64,000 nucleotides of DNA from Pachysolen tannophilus NRRL Y-2460 (Eukaryota), in contig KV454011.1 in assembly GCA_001661245.1 (NCBI GenBank), positions 62,001-126,000 on the forward strand, written 5' to 3'. The stretch's first letter is position 1; the number at the start of each line of letters is the position of its first letter. The position numbers were made by a program, and so were the translations under genes. Under the pieces are notes generated by a model. That model made no database searches. It was not told the DNA's origin and saw only the letters and a program-made list of their open reading frames with translations. Of the stretch, positions 23,123 to 37,700 are shown in pieces.

Positions 23123-25137
23123 ATGCCTAAATCAAGTAAGAAAGTTCGTCAGACGCCATTGTTTGATATTCGTGTTAGGTCTGCAGACCATGATGTTATT
23201 GTTTTGAAAGGTCCAGAAAATGATGCTTCATCGCTGTTGTTATCAGGAGTTATAGTGTTATCTGTTTTAGAACCAATATCTATTAAAAAACTTACTTTAA
23301 AAATGTACGCCAAATTAAGATTAAATTGGACAGAACAATTGCAAACAAATAAAGGTGTTGTGGCGAGACCTATAAGATATGAGAAAAAAATATATGAATT
23401 TAATTGGGATGCTTTGGATATTGGTGAATATTGTAAAATGTTAAATGAAGCAAATAATAACAATAATAATAATAATAATAACAATAATGGTACTACTCAA
23501 TATTCTTCAAATTCAAGACCGGTAAGACCCCCAAATGCACCGCTATTATCATCTTCAAATTTACCAGGACTTTCAAGTGGATCAATTGCTCCTTTAACAA
23601 GATCAAATAATTCTTCATCAGCATCTTTAAAAAATTTAACTTCAAGATCTAAATCTTCTTCAAATATTGCTTCTTCATTTGCATCATTAGCAAATATGAC
23701 ACACGCTTATAGTAGTACTAATTTAAATAATTCTCAAAATTCCAAAAATGATCATATCTTACCAGAAGGAAATTATGAATTCCCATTTTCAACAATTGTT
23801 CCAGGTGATATACCAGAATCTGTTGAAGGTTTACCTGGTTGTTCAATTATTTATAAATTACAAGCAGTAATCGAAAGAGGAAGATTTGCTCAACCTCTTG
23901 TTTCTAAAAAACATATTAGAGTTATAAGAACAATGACCACAGATGCTGTAGAATTAACAGAAACAATATCAGTCGATAATACATGGCCAAATAAAGTGGA
24001 TTATTCAATAAGTGTACCCAATAGAGCTATTGCAATAGGATCAAGTACAAGAGTTGATATGCTTTTAGTCCCATTATTAAAAGGTTTGAAATTAGGAAGT
24101 ATAAAAATCTCATTGGTAGAATTTTATACTTATTGTAGTAATGTTGCAAGTCATACTGCTGAAAGAATAATATCAGAGAAAACTCTTAAAAAACCAAAAA
24201 ATAAAAATGTTAAAGACATGTATGATCAAATGAATGTCGCATTAGATGGAACTTTTTATAATGATGGAGAAATACAATTATTCCCAGATAAATGGGTAAT
24301 TTGTACTTCATTACAACTACCAGCTTCACTTTCTATTTCTACGCAAGATTGTGATTTACTTTCAAACGTTAAAGTTAGACATAAATTGAAATTTGTTATT
24401 GGATTAATTAATCCAGATGGTCATGTTTCAGAATTAAGAGCAACATTACCTGTGATTTTATTCATAAGTCCATTTGTGACATTAACTGTTAAAAATGTAG
24501 AAAAGGAAATTAATGAAAGTAATAATCATAATAATCATAAAAATTCACATTTAACGGTCAATGGAGCTTCTAATAATTCTACTTCTGGTGGTGGTAATTC
24601 TTCTTCTTCTGCTACTGATGCAATTGCGGATTCTCAAGGAGATGATGAACTTATTTTTTCAAATGATCAAAATGAATTGGCTTTGGCTTCTTTAAATAGC
24701 AGCAACAATAACTCTGTTATAAATACACAGGATTTGATGGCTCCACCAGTTTATGAAAATCATATTTATGATAGATTATGGAATGAAGTTTCTTCTCCAG
24801 CAGAGTCTCCCATGTATTCTGGTATAAATACTCCTGAACCAATGACACCTTTAGCTACATATACTTCATCAGCAAACTCGGATAATACTTTAAATAACAA
24901 CCTGTTAATTGAAAATTTAAGATTATTACATTTACAAAGAGAAGGAACTGGACAACAATCTATGGATAATTTGACACTTTCTGAGTTCCCAAGAACTCCC
25001 TACTCTTCATCACAGCAAAATACATCAACTTCATCTACAGCTCTGGCAGCCAGACGAAGACCAATGTTTAGTCTTACTGATGACAACGAGAATAATGACG
25101 ATGGTGATTATTTCTCTTTCAAAACTGATACCACTGC

Positions 25138-25174
<37 letters not shown>

Positions 25175-26314
25175 AATAGCAATACCAACGACGCTACTAG
25201 CGCTAGCGATAGAAGAAACTCTATTACAGGACCAAGTTTAACGACAGGAGCTGTTCAGCCAACTACAGCAACCCCTGGAGTATTTACTTCATCGGGTTTA
25301 TTATCACCGGGTATTATGTCATCTGTTCAACACTTGTCAAGATCAAATTCCCTGAACAAGTTGAATGAAATGGTAATGTCGTCCAATAATAGCAGTAGCG
25401 CCAACCAGAGTACATCTAAGGACTGGGATAGTAATGCCCTTTCTAGAGTTCCATCATATTCAACAGCAATGAAAAGTGATCCAATGGAAGGCGATTTAAC
25501 ACCAGCTTATGAGCCTCCATTACCTGGATCACTGGTTAATTTACAACTCTTGACAAAGAGATTGCAAGAAGCTCAACAACAGCAACAAGAAGTCAATAAC
25601 AATAATCATATTCATAACTCTAATTTATCTTCAACTTCATTAAAAAAATTACACCCACAACAAATTTCAAAGCATACTTTTAGACTGTCCAGACATGGTG
25701 GAGATATTAATCCTATTACTTTTGAATTAGCAAAATCTAGAAATTCATCAACAAATTCATCCCCAACAATTTCAAGAGACCAATCTACTTCTAATCTTGT
25801 TGCTGTTAATTTGAAAACTCCATCTAAATCAGCTGATGGTAGTGCAAATAATAGTACGACTAATCTTAACGTTAATGATTACAATAGAAATCAGGTTGGA
25901 AGGTCATTAAGTCATTCTCCACCACCACAACCAATGCTACAAGTTCACCATCACCATAGTCCTCATGGATCTAATTTCACAATGTCTTTAATGACTAAAA
26001 TGAACAATAATTCTTCTTCTTCATCTTCTCTGGCAGAACAACATAATTCACCTCTGCCTCCGCCATCAGCACACACACGAGTACACTCTAAACAACAACA
26101 TGAGGGTTCTCCGAATAGCACAGGAGTTCCGAAGTCTACAAATATTGTGAAAAATCCATCAACAGGCACTTCATCGTCATCAGCATCTTCAGCAACTACG
26201 CTGTCGCGAGAGCCACCTACTACTTCCAGGCACTCGTCAAACTATGCTCCACAAAGATCACATTCTTCTATTAGTTTGAACTTTTTGCATAGGAAAGAGC
26301 ATTCGAAAAAATAA
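23123..26314 (+). CDS. ROD1: Alpha-arrestin (Rod1/Rog3/CreD family)
   Basis: LFDIR, GNYEFPF...PESVEGL, VDNTWPNKVDYS, VKVRHKLKF...GHVSELRATLP; PY-type motifs PPVY and VPSY; long low-complexity tail. Confidence 0.88.
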
Positions 26315-26671
26315 CTTTGTTTTACTTGGTTTTTAAGAAGTTTCTTTGTTTTCAATATATTCAATTTTTTTTTTTTTTTTCATTTACTTTGTTTTCTTCT
26401 TAAAATAAAAAAAAAAAAGCGCTTTTGTTTTAGATTCAATCATTGGAATACTATATAATTGCATGAATGTAAGTGATAAACATGATATATCTTTTATATT
26501 CTCATTGTCTTGATTGTCGTCGTCGGTATTTCATTATTAGATAACAAAAATGGAGGTCGTGTAGCAAGTTACCAAGCAGTTGGTGATAACTGGCTATAAG
26601 TTTTCTAAATTAATATCACTTTTATCATTTGAATATTGTTGATATAATAAAATAAGTTGAATAGTAATATA

Positions 26672-27925
26672 ATGTTTAGAGATAGAACCAATTTATATAT
26701 TTCCTATCGTAGGACATATCCCCATCATCATGCTTTGGACCATGAGACATCTTCAAGGTTTGATTCTTTCCCTGAAGAAGAAGGTTTAATAGGAATACGT
26801 AATGGAAATAGCCATGATAATGATAATGGGAGTTTTATTGGAGGAGAAGGAGATTCAATTGGTACTGATGGAATAGAATTGAAACCATTGCCACCTAGAT
26901 TTGTTGATTTTTCAGCTGAAGTTGAAGAGAATTTAAGTTTCATAGAAACAAAAATTAATGAATTGAATTTTTTATATAAAAAAAATCTTTTGCCCGGTTT
27001 TAACGATAGAACTGAAGATAATAAGAAAATTGATGATTTAAATTTTGTAATAACTAAAAATTTTCAAAAATGTTATAATATGATCAAAAAAATTGATAAT
27101 TTGAAAAATGAACAATATGGTCCTGATGGAAATATTGGTGGTTCATTTACTAAAAAAGATGAATTGCTGATGTGTGAGAATATTAAAAAAAAATTGGCAT
27201 TAAGAACACAAAATTTATCAAAGACATTTAGAAAATTACAAAATAATTATATACGATTTTTGAAAGATGATGATGATTTTGAAACACAATATTCTTCTTC
27301 AGCAGGAGGAATAGGTTCTGGATCACAACAATCTCAAAATTATAATGAAGAATTGGAAGAAGAAGAATCTACAGCAAAGATAGAATCTTATTCTCGTGAA
27401 GCATTGAAACAGTCCCAGGTGGTGCTACAAGAACAAGAACAACAACAGCAGCAACAACAATCCTCGCTCTCTTCACAAATGATAAATCAACGTGAACGAG
27501 AAATTTTTAAAATTGCACAAGGTGTACTTGAAATTTCTACAATTTTTAAAGAATTGGAAAATATGATCATTGATCAAGGTACAATATTGGATAGAATTGA
27601 CTATAATATAAATAACGTTGTTGTGGATTTGAAACATGCAGATAAACAGTTTGTTAAAAGTTCCAAGTCCCAAAAGAGGACAACCAAGTGTAAACTGATT
27701 TTCTTGTTAAGTTTGATTGTTTTTGCATTATTTTTGATGGTATTAACTAAACCAAGAAGGCACAATTCTTCTAATGGTAGTAACGGTGGTGGTAATGGTG
27801 GTGGTGGTGGTGGCTCTACAAATACAAATACAGGTGCTGAGAGTGGGAATGTTCCTTCTGATAATTCTAGGCCCGTGGTTCCAAATCCCGAGAATGAAGA
27901 TGCAATTGATAATTCAGCTAAATAG
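26672..27925 (+). CDS. TLG2: Syntaxin-like t-SNARE Tlg2
   Basis: MFRDRTNLYISYRRTYPH N-peptide, SNARE motif IIDQGTILDRIDYN, C-terminal transmembrane helix and lumenal tail. ATG at 26672. Confidence 0.95.
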   Translation: MFRDRTNLYISYRRTYPHHHALDHETSSRFDSFPEEEGLIGIRNGNSHDNDNGSFIGGEGDSIGTDGIELKPLPPRFVDFSAEVEENLSFIETKINELNFLYKKNLLPGFNDRTEDNKKIDDLNFVITKNFQKCYNMIKKIDNLKNEQYGPDGNIGGSFTKKDELLMCENIKKKLALRTQNLSKTFRKLQNNYIRFLKDDDDFETQYSSSAGGIGSGSQQSQNYNEELEEEESTAKIESYSREALKQSQVVLQEQEQQQQQQQSSLSSQMINQREREIFKIAQGVLEISTIFKELENMIIDQGTILDRIDYNINNVVVDLKHADKQFVKSSKSQKRTTKCKLIFLLSLIVFALFLMVLTKPRRHNSSNGSNGGGNGGGGGGSTNTNTGAESGNVPSDNSRPVVPNPENEDAIDNSAK

Positions 27926-28672
27926 GTTAACTTTTTTTTTTTTTTTATTATTTTCGGTAAATATTTAAAGTACGATGTGAATGAATAATTTAATAATTTT
28001 TAATGTACAACTTCTATCTAACTATCCTTAAATAAGAACTAATGTGTAATCCATTTCTCAAAATCAAATAACTATGAAAAAAAAATAAAAATAAAAAAAA
28101 AGTTGAATAAAAATAGTTGAGAGTTCAAAATAATGTAAAACTCATCTAAATAATGATAACAATAAAAATAAAAATAATTTTGTATCTGAAAGAAAACAAT
28201 ATATCAACGTCAAAATCCTATTTTGTCTATTTTCTCTGGCCTTTCTTTTTTTCTCTGCCTCTCTATATTTTTATCACTTTCTCAAATTTCAATACCCAAA
28301 AACGAAAACTGAAAAACCCTAAATTTTCAAAATCAAAGAAAAAAAAAAAANAAAAATATATATAACCAACTATTCGTAGCAGAAAAGAATATAACAGTAA
28401 TAGCAAGCCAAATTAAAGAAACAAATCATGGATAACCATAAGTTAAAGACCCTGTATGTTGTTTTCTCGTCTATTTATAATAAAACGAAAAAGCTCAATG
28501 AACACTAAAAGAAAAAAAAAGAAAAAACCAAAAACAAAAGCAGCATAAAACAAAGATGAATAACACCTCCCAAACAATAACAATGAATTAACTTTACTGG
28601 TTCTGTAGTATAAAAATGAAAAAAAAAACAAGGAAGGAATAAAAAACAAAGAAAACAATTCAATGAAGGAAC

Positions 28673-30403
28673 TCAAATAAAAGAACCATAGGGACTATCT
28701 CTTGTCATTGAAGCAGCAGGTAAATTATTCTTGTTTCTATTCTTATACCCTTGTCCAGGGAGTGGTCTATTAGAGATTTGTGGTTGTTGTGGTCGTTGTT
28801 GATATCCTCCTTGCATTGGTCTATTATTTGATGGCCTTCCAACTGCAAAATTTGGATTATTTGTTAATAACATATCTGAAGTATTCTGTCTGGCTACATT
28901 TCTCTTATAGCGGTTAACATATGGTTGAGGTTGCATAGGTCCTTGTGGCATAAAACGTTGTTGTTGCGGGTGAGGAGGAGGATAATATACAGGACGTCCA
29001 TATCCCAGCGGTGGCAAAGATTGTTGTGGTGGGAAACCTTGTGGTGGGTAACCCATCAGTTGTGGAGGTAACTGCTGTTGTGGAAATGGTTGTTGTGGTC
29101 TATTCGACATTGGATTTATGTTTTGAGGTCCGTTACCAGCACCACGGTAATATTTTGGATTTATGGCTCTTTGAGATACGCTTGTGAAATCTGAACCTAA
29201 TTCAGATGAATGACTATCATCAGATGCTGGATCAACAAAAGGTTCTCCACCATTTATTATATTTCTGTCATCACCAACGGTGATATTATTTTGCTTAATA
29301 TTATTATTAGGATTACGGTTGAGGTTATTATTATTTCCAACGCCAACAACTGCTGCACCTGCTGCTGCTGCACCTGCACCAAAATTAAGATCATCTTCAA
29401 TATCTTCATCATCAACATCATCACCACCGCGTCCGCGTGGTGCATATGGATTTCCTGCTTGTATATAAGGATTTGCCAATTGTGGAATAGTTGGTTGTCT
29501 ATTATCTAAATCTACTGAAGGTTCTGCAACTTCAGGCACTATAGCAGGAGCTTCACTTCTTACACTTGATCCATTTGGTCCTGCAAGTAAATTAGGAGTT
29601 GGATTTTTGGAGATTGCAGTTGCTGATCCTGAAGATGCATAACCTCCTTGATTCACAGTGATATCATTTAATGATTTCTTTTCAGTTGAAGAAGAATTAC
29701 TTGAATTTACTACATCAGTAGTATAACCTGGAGTTTTAAAATCAAATGCAGGACCTTTAAAATTATCTTGATCTGCACCTGTAGCATCATCAATTAATTT
29801 TGATTTGAAATATGAATCTTCAGCATTACCTCTTTCCATACTAGTTAAATCATCATCATCTTCACCTCCACCATTAATTAATTTAACAAAAGTAGCCAGA
29901 CTGATTAATCCAAAAAAATTTGCAACTGCAGAACCAATTTGTATCCATGCAGCCCATTTAACATGAGGATAAAATACCAATAATGTAATTATACAAATTA
30001 AAGCAGCTGCAATAAATGCCAATACAGTTAAAATTAATGAAATTATTCTGAAAACTAAAGATTGTCTACATTGTTTAAAACAACCCAATACTGACAAGAT
30101 TAAAGCGAAAAATGTCAATCCTGCCGCTACTGGCATCACTATCAAAATTTTAGCTAAAGTATCCCTTGTTGTATCTGATAATGTCCAATCATCTGTAGAA
30201 TCTAATGTAGAAACTTGATAATTTGCCAGTGCTGTAGAACATGTTGAAGATGAAATGGTACAATACCCAAAAACCCCATAAAGATATTTTGCATCTTCAG
30301 CTAACAGTATTGTCGTTGTCACAGGAGCAGACACAAACCCCAATATCAATAGCGCCAACGCCACAACGTGGAAAAATGTAGTTGTAAGAGAAAACAAAAT
30401 CAT
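28673..30403 (-). CDS. TOS7: SUR7/PalI-family membrane protein with long cytoplasmic tail (Tos7/Dcv1-like)
   Basis: Four hydrophobic helices with YGVFGYC...C; tail motif SDFTSVSQRAINPKY; adjacent to TLG2 as in S. cerevisiae. Confidence 0.75.
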   Translation of the reverse strand: MILFSLTTTFFHVVALALLILGFVSAPVTTTILLAEDAKYLYGVFGYCTISSSTCSTALANYQVSTLDSTDDWTLSDTTRDTLAKILIVMPVAAGLTFFALILSVLGCFKQCRQSLVFRIISLILTVLAFIAAALICIITLLVFYPHVKWAAWIQIGSAVANFFGLISLATFVKLINGGGEDDDDLTSMERGNAEDSYFKSKLIDDATGADQDNFKGPAFDFKTPGYTTDVVNSSNSSSTEKKSLNDITVNQGGYASSGSATAISKNPTPNLLAGPNGSSVRSEAPAIVPEVAEPSVDLDNRQPTIPQLANPYIQAGNPYAPRGRGGDDVDDEDIEDDLNFGAGAAAAGAAVVGVGNNNNLNRNPNNNIKQNNITVGDDRNIINGGEPFVDPASDDSHSSELGSDFTSVSQRAINPKYYRGAGNGPQNINPMSNRPQQPFPQQQLPPQLMGYPPQGFPPQQSLPPLGYGRPVYYPPPHPQQQRFMPQGPMQPQPYVNRYKRNVARQNTSDMLLTNNPNFAVGRPSNNRPMQGGYQQRPQQPQISNRPLPGQGYKNRNKNNLPAASMTRDSPYGSFI

Positions 30404-31775
30404 TGAATTGGAAACCTTCTTATTTTTTTTTCTTTTTTTTCAATAAAAAAAAAAAAAAATTTTTTTTAAATTAAAATTAAAAATCCCTTTAGTTTGAAAT
30501 AGATATTCTTGAATATATGATTTATCAATCTGATCTTAAATCGATCTAGATAATATAAAAATATTTCACTTTTTTAACAAAACAAAACTCACCTTGTAAC
30601 GATATGTTTTGAGTCAAAAAATATATAAAAAATATATTTATAAATCAATGATTTTAATAAAACTTCAACAACTTGGATTTAAAAGGGGAATTTAAAACAA
30701 ACAAATTGTTAATACCCTAAAAATAAATAAATTTTAATCAATCAATTTTTATAAAAATTAAGTAAGCAATTGTAAAATGAATCCTCAAATCAATAGCAGT
30801 TAGTTTAAGCGCACTTTAAAAAATGAACTAATAATATAAATTTATCTAACTGTAATAGCGGCTAAGGTCAAAATAAAAAATAAAATAAAATAAAAAAACT
30901 AAAAATTAAATTGAAATTGAAATTCAAAATTCAAAATGAAAATGAAAATGAAAATGAAAATGAAAATGGAAATGAAAACGATTGCAAATATAAAAATCAA
31001 AGTCTAATTAATTAATTAATTTAACTAATAAATCAATAATAATCAAATCTAAAGCTTTTCTATTACTTTTTTCTTGATTTTTTAATTTTTTAAATTTTTT
31101 TTTTTTTTCTTATTTTAGTTTCTTCTATCTAATCCTAAACTATATTAAACCTTAGCTCAAAGAGAAGAACTTTCTATCTTTTTTCAAGAAAAAAAAAGAA
31201 TTTCTAATTATAGCGGTTACACTTTTAATATTATCAAATATCATTTTAAAAATGTGTTGTATAATAATAATTTTGATTAAATCACCACAAATAGGGCGAA
31301 AGTTTAGCTAGCGGGCGAGAAATCAACTTTGGGCTATGCAGTTTGTGGCTGGTGAACAAGGAGACAAAACTAAAAAAAAAAAAAATACATAAAAAAAAAA
31401 ACGCGTCTTGTTTATGTCTTGAGCGTGTAAAAAGGTAATTAGTGGCTAGTTGTGGGAAAAGGTTAGCTAAAACAAAAATAAAAAAAAAAAAAATATAAAA
31501 GAAAGATGCATAATCTATCTACAGGAAAGTTTGGTTTGCACGCTACTAAGCCACCACTTTTTCCAGAAACGGTTGTGTGTGTGTATTATATATATACGTA
31601 ATTATCTAAGTTGAGTATGTTTATCTTCTATTTATAGAACGCGATCTAGTTTGAATATACACACACACGCCTTGAGGCTCACGCCTCGAAGAATTATTTA
31701 CTTTTTTTTTCTTTTCTTTTTAAAGCCTCTCGAAATTTTTTTAAGATTGAGCCTCACATGGTTGTTTTTTTTTTC

Positions 31776-34700
31776 TTAAATACCTTCTACTGGACCTTGG
31801 TACCAACAATCAGGAACCATCAAGATATATCTGTCCATAGCATCTCTAAATCTATTCTTATACTGTCTTGGTGTTACAACTGTAGGTTCTTTACCACCGC
31901 CACCAACTAGACCTTTTTCTTTAACCCAACTTTCTAATTTTTTATCCCAAGTAAAAGTTCTAATACAATCAATTATACCAACAACTAATTCTTGATTTTC
32001 TGAATCTATACCAATGACTAATGAATAATCCATAACATTCATTCTTGAAAGGAAAAGTGTATCATTCCATAAAGAAGTTCTTAATAATTTTTTTGCATGT
32101 TCTTTAACAAAAAGTGGGGATTCAAAAATATATTCAACCATATTTTCATCCAATAATACTTCATTTTCTTTACCAGTTTGCCTAACATGCCTATTTCTCA
32201 TTGATCCTTTTAAATCAAATATACGTGAAGTCTTTCTATCATAAAAAAGATTTTCCATTATAATAACATCCATCTTAAAATTCTTACCATTAATAGGATT
32301 GATTATTTGAATTTGGAAAAATCCAAAAATTTTAGCCAATACAGTTGGTAAATCATGGAAAAGAGCTTGTGCTAAATATTCAAAATAACTTGGAGCAAAC
32401 TTAACAAATGCATCCATTTCACTATGTGATAATTCTTTAATAATAAATCTATCATCCAATGTTTTTAAAAAAGCAGATCCACTCTTACCACCAGCTGAAT
32501 CCCATTTAATACATCGAGATAAACTTTGAATGAAATTCCCATCACATCCACATTGTTGTCTAAATGCATTAAATTGTTCTGCAAAAAAAATCTTACATGA
32601 CAATGTTGAAGCTCCTTCTTGAAATTGATATTTCAAATGAATAGCAGTCTTCTTTAACATAATCTCTTCTAGCCCAGGCATAGTGGTCTCTCCACTATTA
32701 TTGAGATTCCCAGTATTTATTGATACATTGTCATTATTGTTTGTTTCTTTGGTTAATCCCAATTTGGACATGTAATCAGAAGAACTTAAACAAAATGCAA
32801 TCAATGAACTTGGCTCATCCTCTCTAACTAAAACATCAGAATCAACAAAAATATGTTCCGACGAATTTAAAGGATAATCTAAAGGTTTCCATAAAGTAGC
32901 AGATCTATCAGCCCAAAAGTTAGTTAAAGTTTTCATCAATGACACTCTCTCAGTTTGAGGAATTTCCGATTTCTGAGATTCTGTATCTGGACCAATGTTT
33001 AAGTTCTTCTCCCGTTGTTGTTGTTGCTGTTGATTAATCAATTTATCCTCAGTCCCTTCTGAAACCTCTTTCATAACCTCTTTACTAGAATTAACCTCTT
33101 CCTCATGTTTTAATTTATCATTTCCAATTCCAACAGAATTATCAGTTTCTCCACCCACATCTTTCTTTTTAGATTTGCTTATATGATTAACATCATCTTC
33201 AGACTCATCTTCCTCTACAACAGCATCGTGAACGTTTTTATAAACTTCAACAATGGGCTTAGAAGCAATGACAGGTATAGCCTTATATCTGTTCGCAATT
33301 AATTTCTTTCTCTCTCTTTCTCTTTGTAATTCAAATTCCATAGAAATTTGATCAAAATGTAATTGATCAAACAAACTTGTTAATTTTTTAACCTTACTTT
33401 CATTATTATCCTCAACATCACCTTTCTTCTCACCTTTGTTAACATTTGTAACAGAATTATCTTTCCTTAATTCCAACTCTAATTCTTTAGTACTTTTAGT
33501 ATCTGGGTGTGAAGCTGATTTTGAGGTCAGTAACAAAGTAGAGTTCGATGACGACAGTTGGCTAAATTTGCGACTGTTGTCTTGTTGGATCTTACCCTGA
33601 ATACCCTGAATATCATGTAGTCTAGTGGAAGAATAGCTTTGGGACTTTAATGGACTTACAGGTAAACCTTGTTTTGTATTGGCCTGTCCCTCCGATGAAA
33701 AGTCATGTTGCAGTAAGGACCGTGATAATTCTGGGTGAACTTTCTCTCCTTCTAACATTGCCTCCATTGCAGAGACTTTTTGCAATACACTTGAACTTTT
33801 ACTCATTTTTTTATGAAGCTTCAAGTTGTCATTTTTGTCTTCTTCATCTTGTACTTGTTGTCCTTCATCTTCCTTTCTAATGTCTTCTTCATTTATTGTT
33901 GCAGTTTTGTCTTCTCCTGGCTCTTTATTAGCAACATTATTTTCATTCTTGTCTTCAGATTTTTCATCATACTTCTCACGAGACTTCTCAGATTCGACAT
34001 CTTTGAATTCCCCTGTAGGCTTGTTCTCTTCTCCTGATTCTTTATCCTGGAACAATTTTCTTAATTGGAAAGCTGTAATTCTAGTGATTTCCTTTTCCGA
34101 GGGTAAGAAAGCAGCCTCAAAATCTTGAAATTCAATATCCCACTCAACAGAAAGTTCTTGAATTGTTCTAATCACAGAATTTAAAGCTAAGTGATCAGTT
34201 AACAGAGTAGTATTGAAGATCTCGTCTGTTAACTTGGATACCTTTGATTTCTCGCTACTCACCTTTTCTTTCAATTCTTGAATTCTCTTCTGACCTGCTT
34301 CCATCTTGTCTGTAGTCATACTATCAACTTTAACTCTGTTTAAACGTTCCAGAACACTGTCAAAAAAATTATTAGCTTTTGTTCTTATCTGTTGTACATA
34401 CTCAATTTTGATCTTGATATCAATCTCCGGTTTCCAATATAGTTTAAATCTAGGAACTACTAACTCTAAAGTTTCCACTGAAGAGTATTCCAACCTTACT
34501 GCTAGGTTATAGATTCCAAAATATCTTATATGGTGTTTATATGGATGCTGACAAGCACGTCCAATAACACCTATTTTTTCTGAAGACCAGAATAACAACT
34601 CTAAATATTTTCCAAAAGAATACTTCCAAGTATTCTCACTCATCGGAATAACAGGCGTCGATTGTCTGCATTCTTTGCAATAACTCCACATTAAGATCAC

Positions 34701-37700
34701 ATGTTGTAATCCAGCAATTCGACTCTGAAACTTCTCTACAATAACGTCAACCTTACCATTCCCATGAACATAGGATCGGTAATGATCTACTAATGTATGT
34801 TCACAGTTATTACATGCAGTATTCGAAGTAAGGCAAATATGTTCAATATATTGACCAAGGCACACATCACTTAACCAGTAATAATCAATACCCAAAACTT
34901 CTGGTCCAACACAAGGGGTTGCAGTTTTTGAGTTAACCATACTGTATAAGAACAAAATAGATTGATGGGATGTCGCATCCAAAATATATGGTGAATGATG
35001 ATAGAATAACTCCCATTGACGTTTACAAATTTGAAAATTCTGCTTTTCCAAAGCAATTTTTTGTTGGACGATAAAAAGTGCTGTTTTCAAATCATATTCT
35101 TTATCTCCCAAAAATTTTTCTATCTTTAAAATTTTTGAGGTTCCATGGTTCTCACTATCTGAAATAATTTCAGGCTTTTTGGAATTCAGGATTTCATGTT
35201 CTTCATCATCCAATTCAACAATTTTCGCATTATTTAATTTCTGCTCCGTACTTTCATTTTTATTAATCTCATCTCTATTTCCTACTTTTTCCTCAAACTT
35301 TGGCAATTCTTCTAGCATCAGTTCTGCATCTTTTAACTTTTTCTCTGCATTTCTAGCTTTGACCAAAAGTGGTGGTAGACAAAAATGAACAATTGGAGTT
35401 GTTGATAACAATTTATTATTAAAAACTTTAACAAATTCATCGAAGTAACCAAGATGTTCTGTATCATTTTCCAGTATTTCTTTATTTTCTGAACTGTCAA
35501 TAAATGATATGTATTCATCTTTAAATAAGGAATATTCTAAATGTGAATTGAATACCACATAAACCATAAATTCAATAGCATCCTTAACTTTCTTCAAAAT
35601 AAAATCATCGCCACCACGTAGTAATATCGTTCCACCAAAAGATTGATTACAACCAGTCAAAAACATATAACATTTTTTAGTATTCAGGTGTATATACTGA
35701 CGGACTTCAAATAAATCAGCAGTGCCCAGCTTCGGATTCACTGCAAGCTTATCAATCGAAGTAACAACGTCCGCATCAGTTAGTCGTGCTATTCGTTCAA
35801 TTACCTGTGGTTTTAAATTGTATGCTACTGCTATTCCCTCATTGTCTAACATGTTTAAAGCTAAACCACTGATCGATGCACCAATGAAGACAATATCAGG
35901 ATTCAAAGCAATTATCCGTCCAACCAATTTATGCAAATACTCTCTTTCTTGAGCTAAAACTAATTCTAAACTCATGTATTGCTGCTCTGTCTTGTTGTAT
36001 TCAATTGGAAACATGATTAATATAATTCTTGGATTTGATAATTCTCTAGGCATTGACTTCAAAGCCAAATTCTTCGAAAAAATCAAGCCATCAACATATG
36101 CGCAGTCGTTAATGGTTGCCCCTGGAATTCTCTTCAATTTGACATATTGTCTAATATCAAAGCTGTCACCTGATTTAACATCAGGATTAATATTATTAAT
36201 CTGCTTCAAGATTGGATAAATAACATTTTCCCAACTTTTGATATTTTGCAAACCTTGCTCTGTCAAACATTGTGTTAATAACGATTTTACATGTTTTTCG
36301 CAAATAATACTCAAATCTTTATTTGGGAGCGAAATTCCTCTTTTGTTGTTATCGATATTTCTTGTGATAACCGAACTATTCGTACTTTCATTATTATTAA
36401 AATTGAACATATTTCTGTCACCCAAGATATTGTTGTCATTAACTAACGAGAAAAAACTATCATCAGCTAAACTCATAGTTTTAGATCTATGTATTCCATA
36501 ATGTGGTTGCTGCTGATAATGAGCATTGGAGAGTACTCTGTTTATGCTTTTACTTTTCTTCCTATTTTTCATTCTTAACAATGAAGCATGAGCTCTTTCT
36601 GATCTTGTTTGATTATTAACTCTAGGGAGTCGCACATTTGAAAATATATTGTTATTGTAATTACTAGAATTGATTGCTGAAGTATTTTGTAGACCACTTT
36701 TATCATTACTAGGACTATAATCGACATTATCGCTATTTAAAGAAGCATATAATGACATAGACTGTTCATCTTCACTTTCAGAAGCATCATCTTCATCATC
36801 ATCATATCTATCACTATCATTTCTGATATTACTACCGAAAATGGATGAGCCATCATTCAATTTTGGAGACGCAATTAAGCTACTATTGATATTATTATTA
36901 GTAGTATTATTATTATTCAGAAAATTAATATTAATATTATTATTGTAATTCTGATTGCCATTATGGTTCAAATTAAAACCAAATTTTGAATTGATATTGT
37001 TTATGTCACTGTTATTATTGAAGTGAATACTCGATTTTTCATTGTTCATATCGTTATGGAGTTCACTGTTGGAACTAATTGCATTTGTCAAGTTACTGTG
37101 AGTCGAGTCATTAGGAAAATTGTACAAATTCTTTGAGCCAAAACTTGATTGAGCCAATTTCAACCTCCTATTACTATGAATTGAAGCATCTCTATGGAAA
37201 CTTCTACTACTTGGAATTGGTATCTCCACAGCAGCACCTTGTCGTGTAGCAGGAATTGCCATTCTTGGTGGTGGTGTCGGTGCTTGTATTATTACATCCT
37301 GATCTATTATACTACTTGTTGGAGCCAAGCTACCGCCTCCACTAAAATTTTCGTTACTCATCGATGTATATATCGATTCGCTATTATTACTATTATCGTT
37401 ATTATTACTATTATTGTTGTTGTTGTTCTGCATATGACTATTGTTGTTATTTTTAATATTATTGGTACTGTTCATTTCTTCAGCTAAAGACTCGTCACTT
37501 GATGCAAAATCATCGTACTGATCTGCAAAATTTAAACAAGTTTTACAAACTCTCATTCTACCATTATGGTTAAATTTTTCACCAGAAATAAAAACTGTAC
37601 AATTACTGCAAAAAATTTGTCCACATATACGGCAATGATGTTTTCTTCTAAAAGTTGTGAAAGAACGTTCACAATAAAAGCACTTCACTGCAGAAGAATC

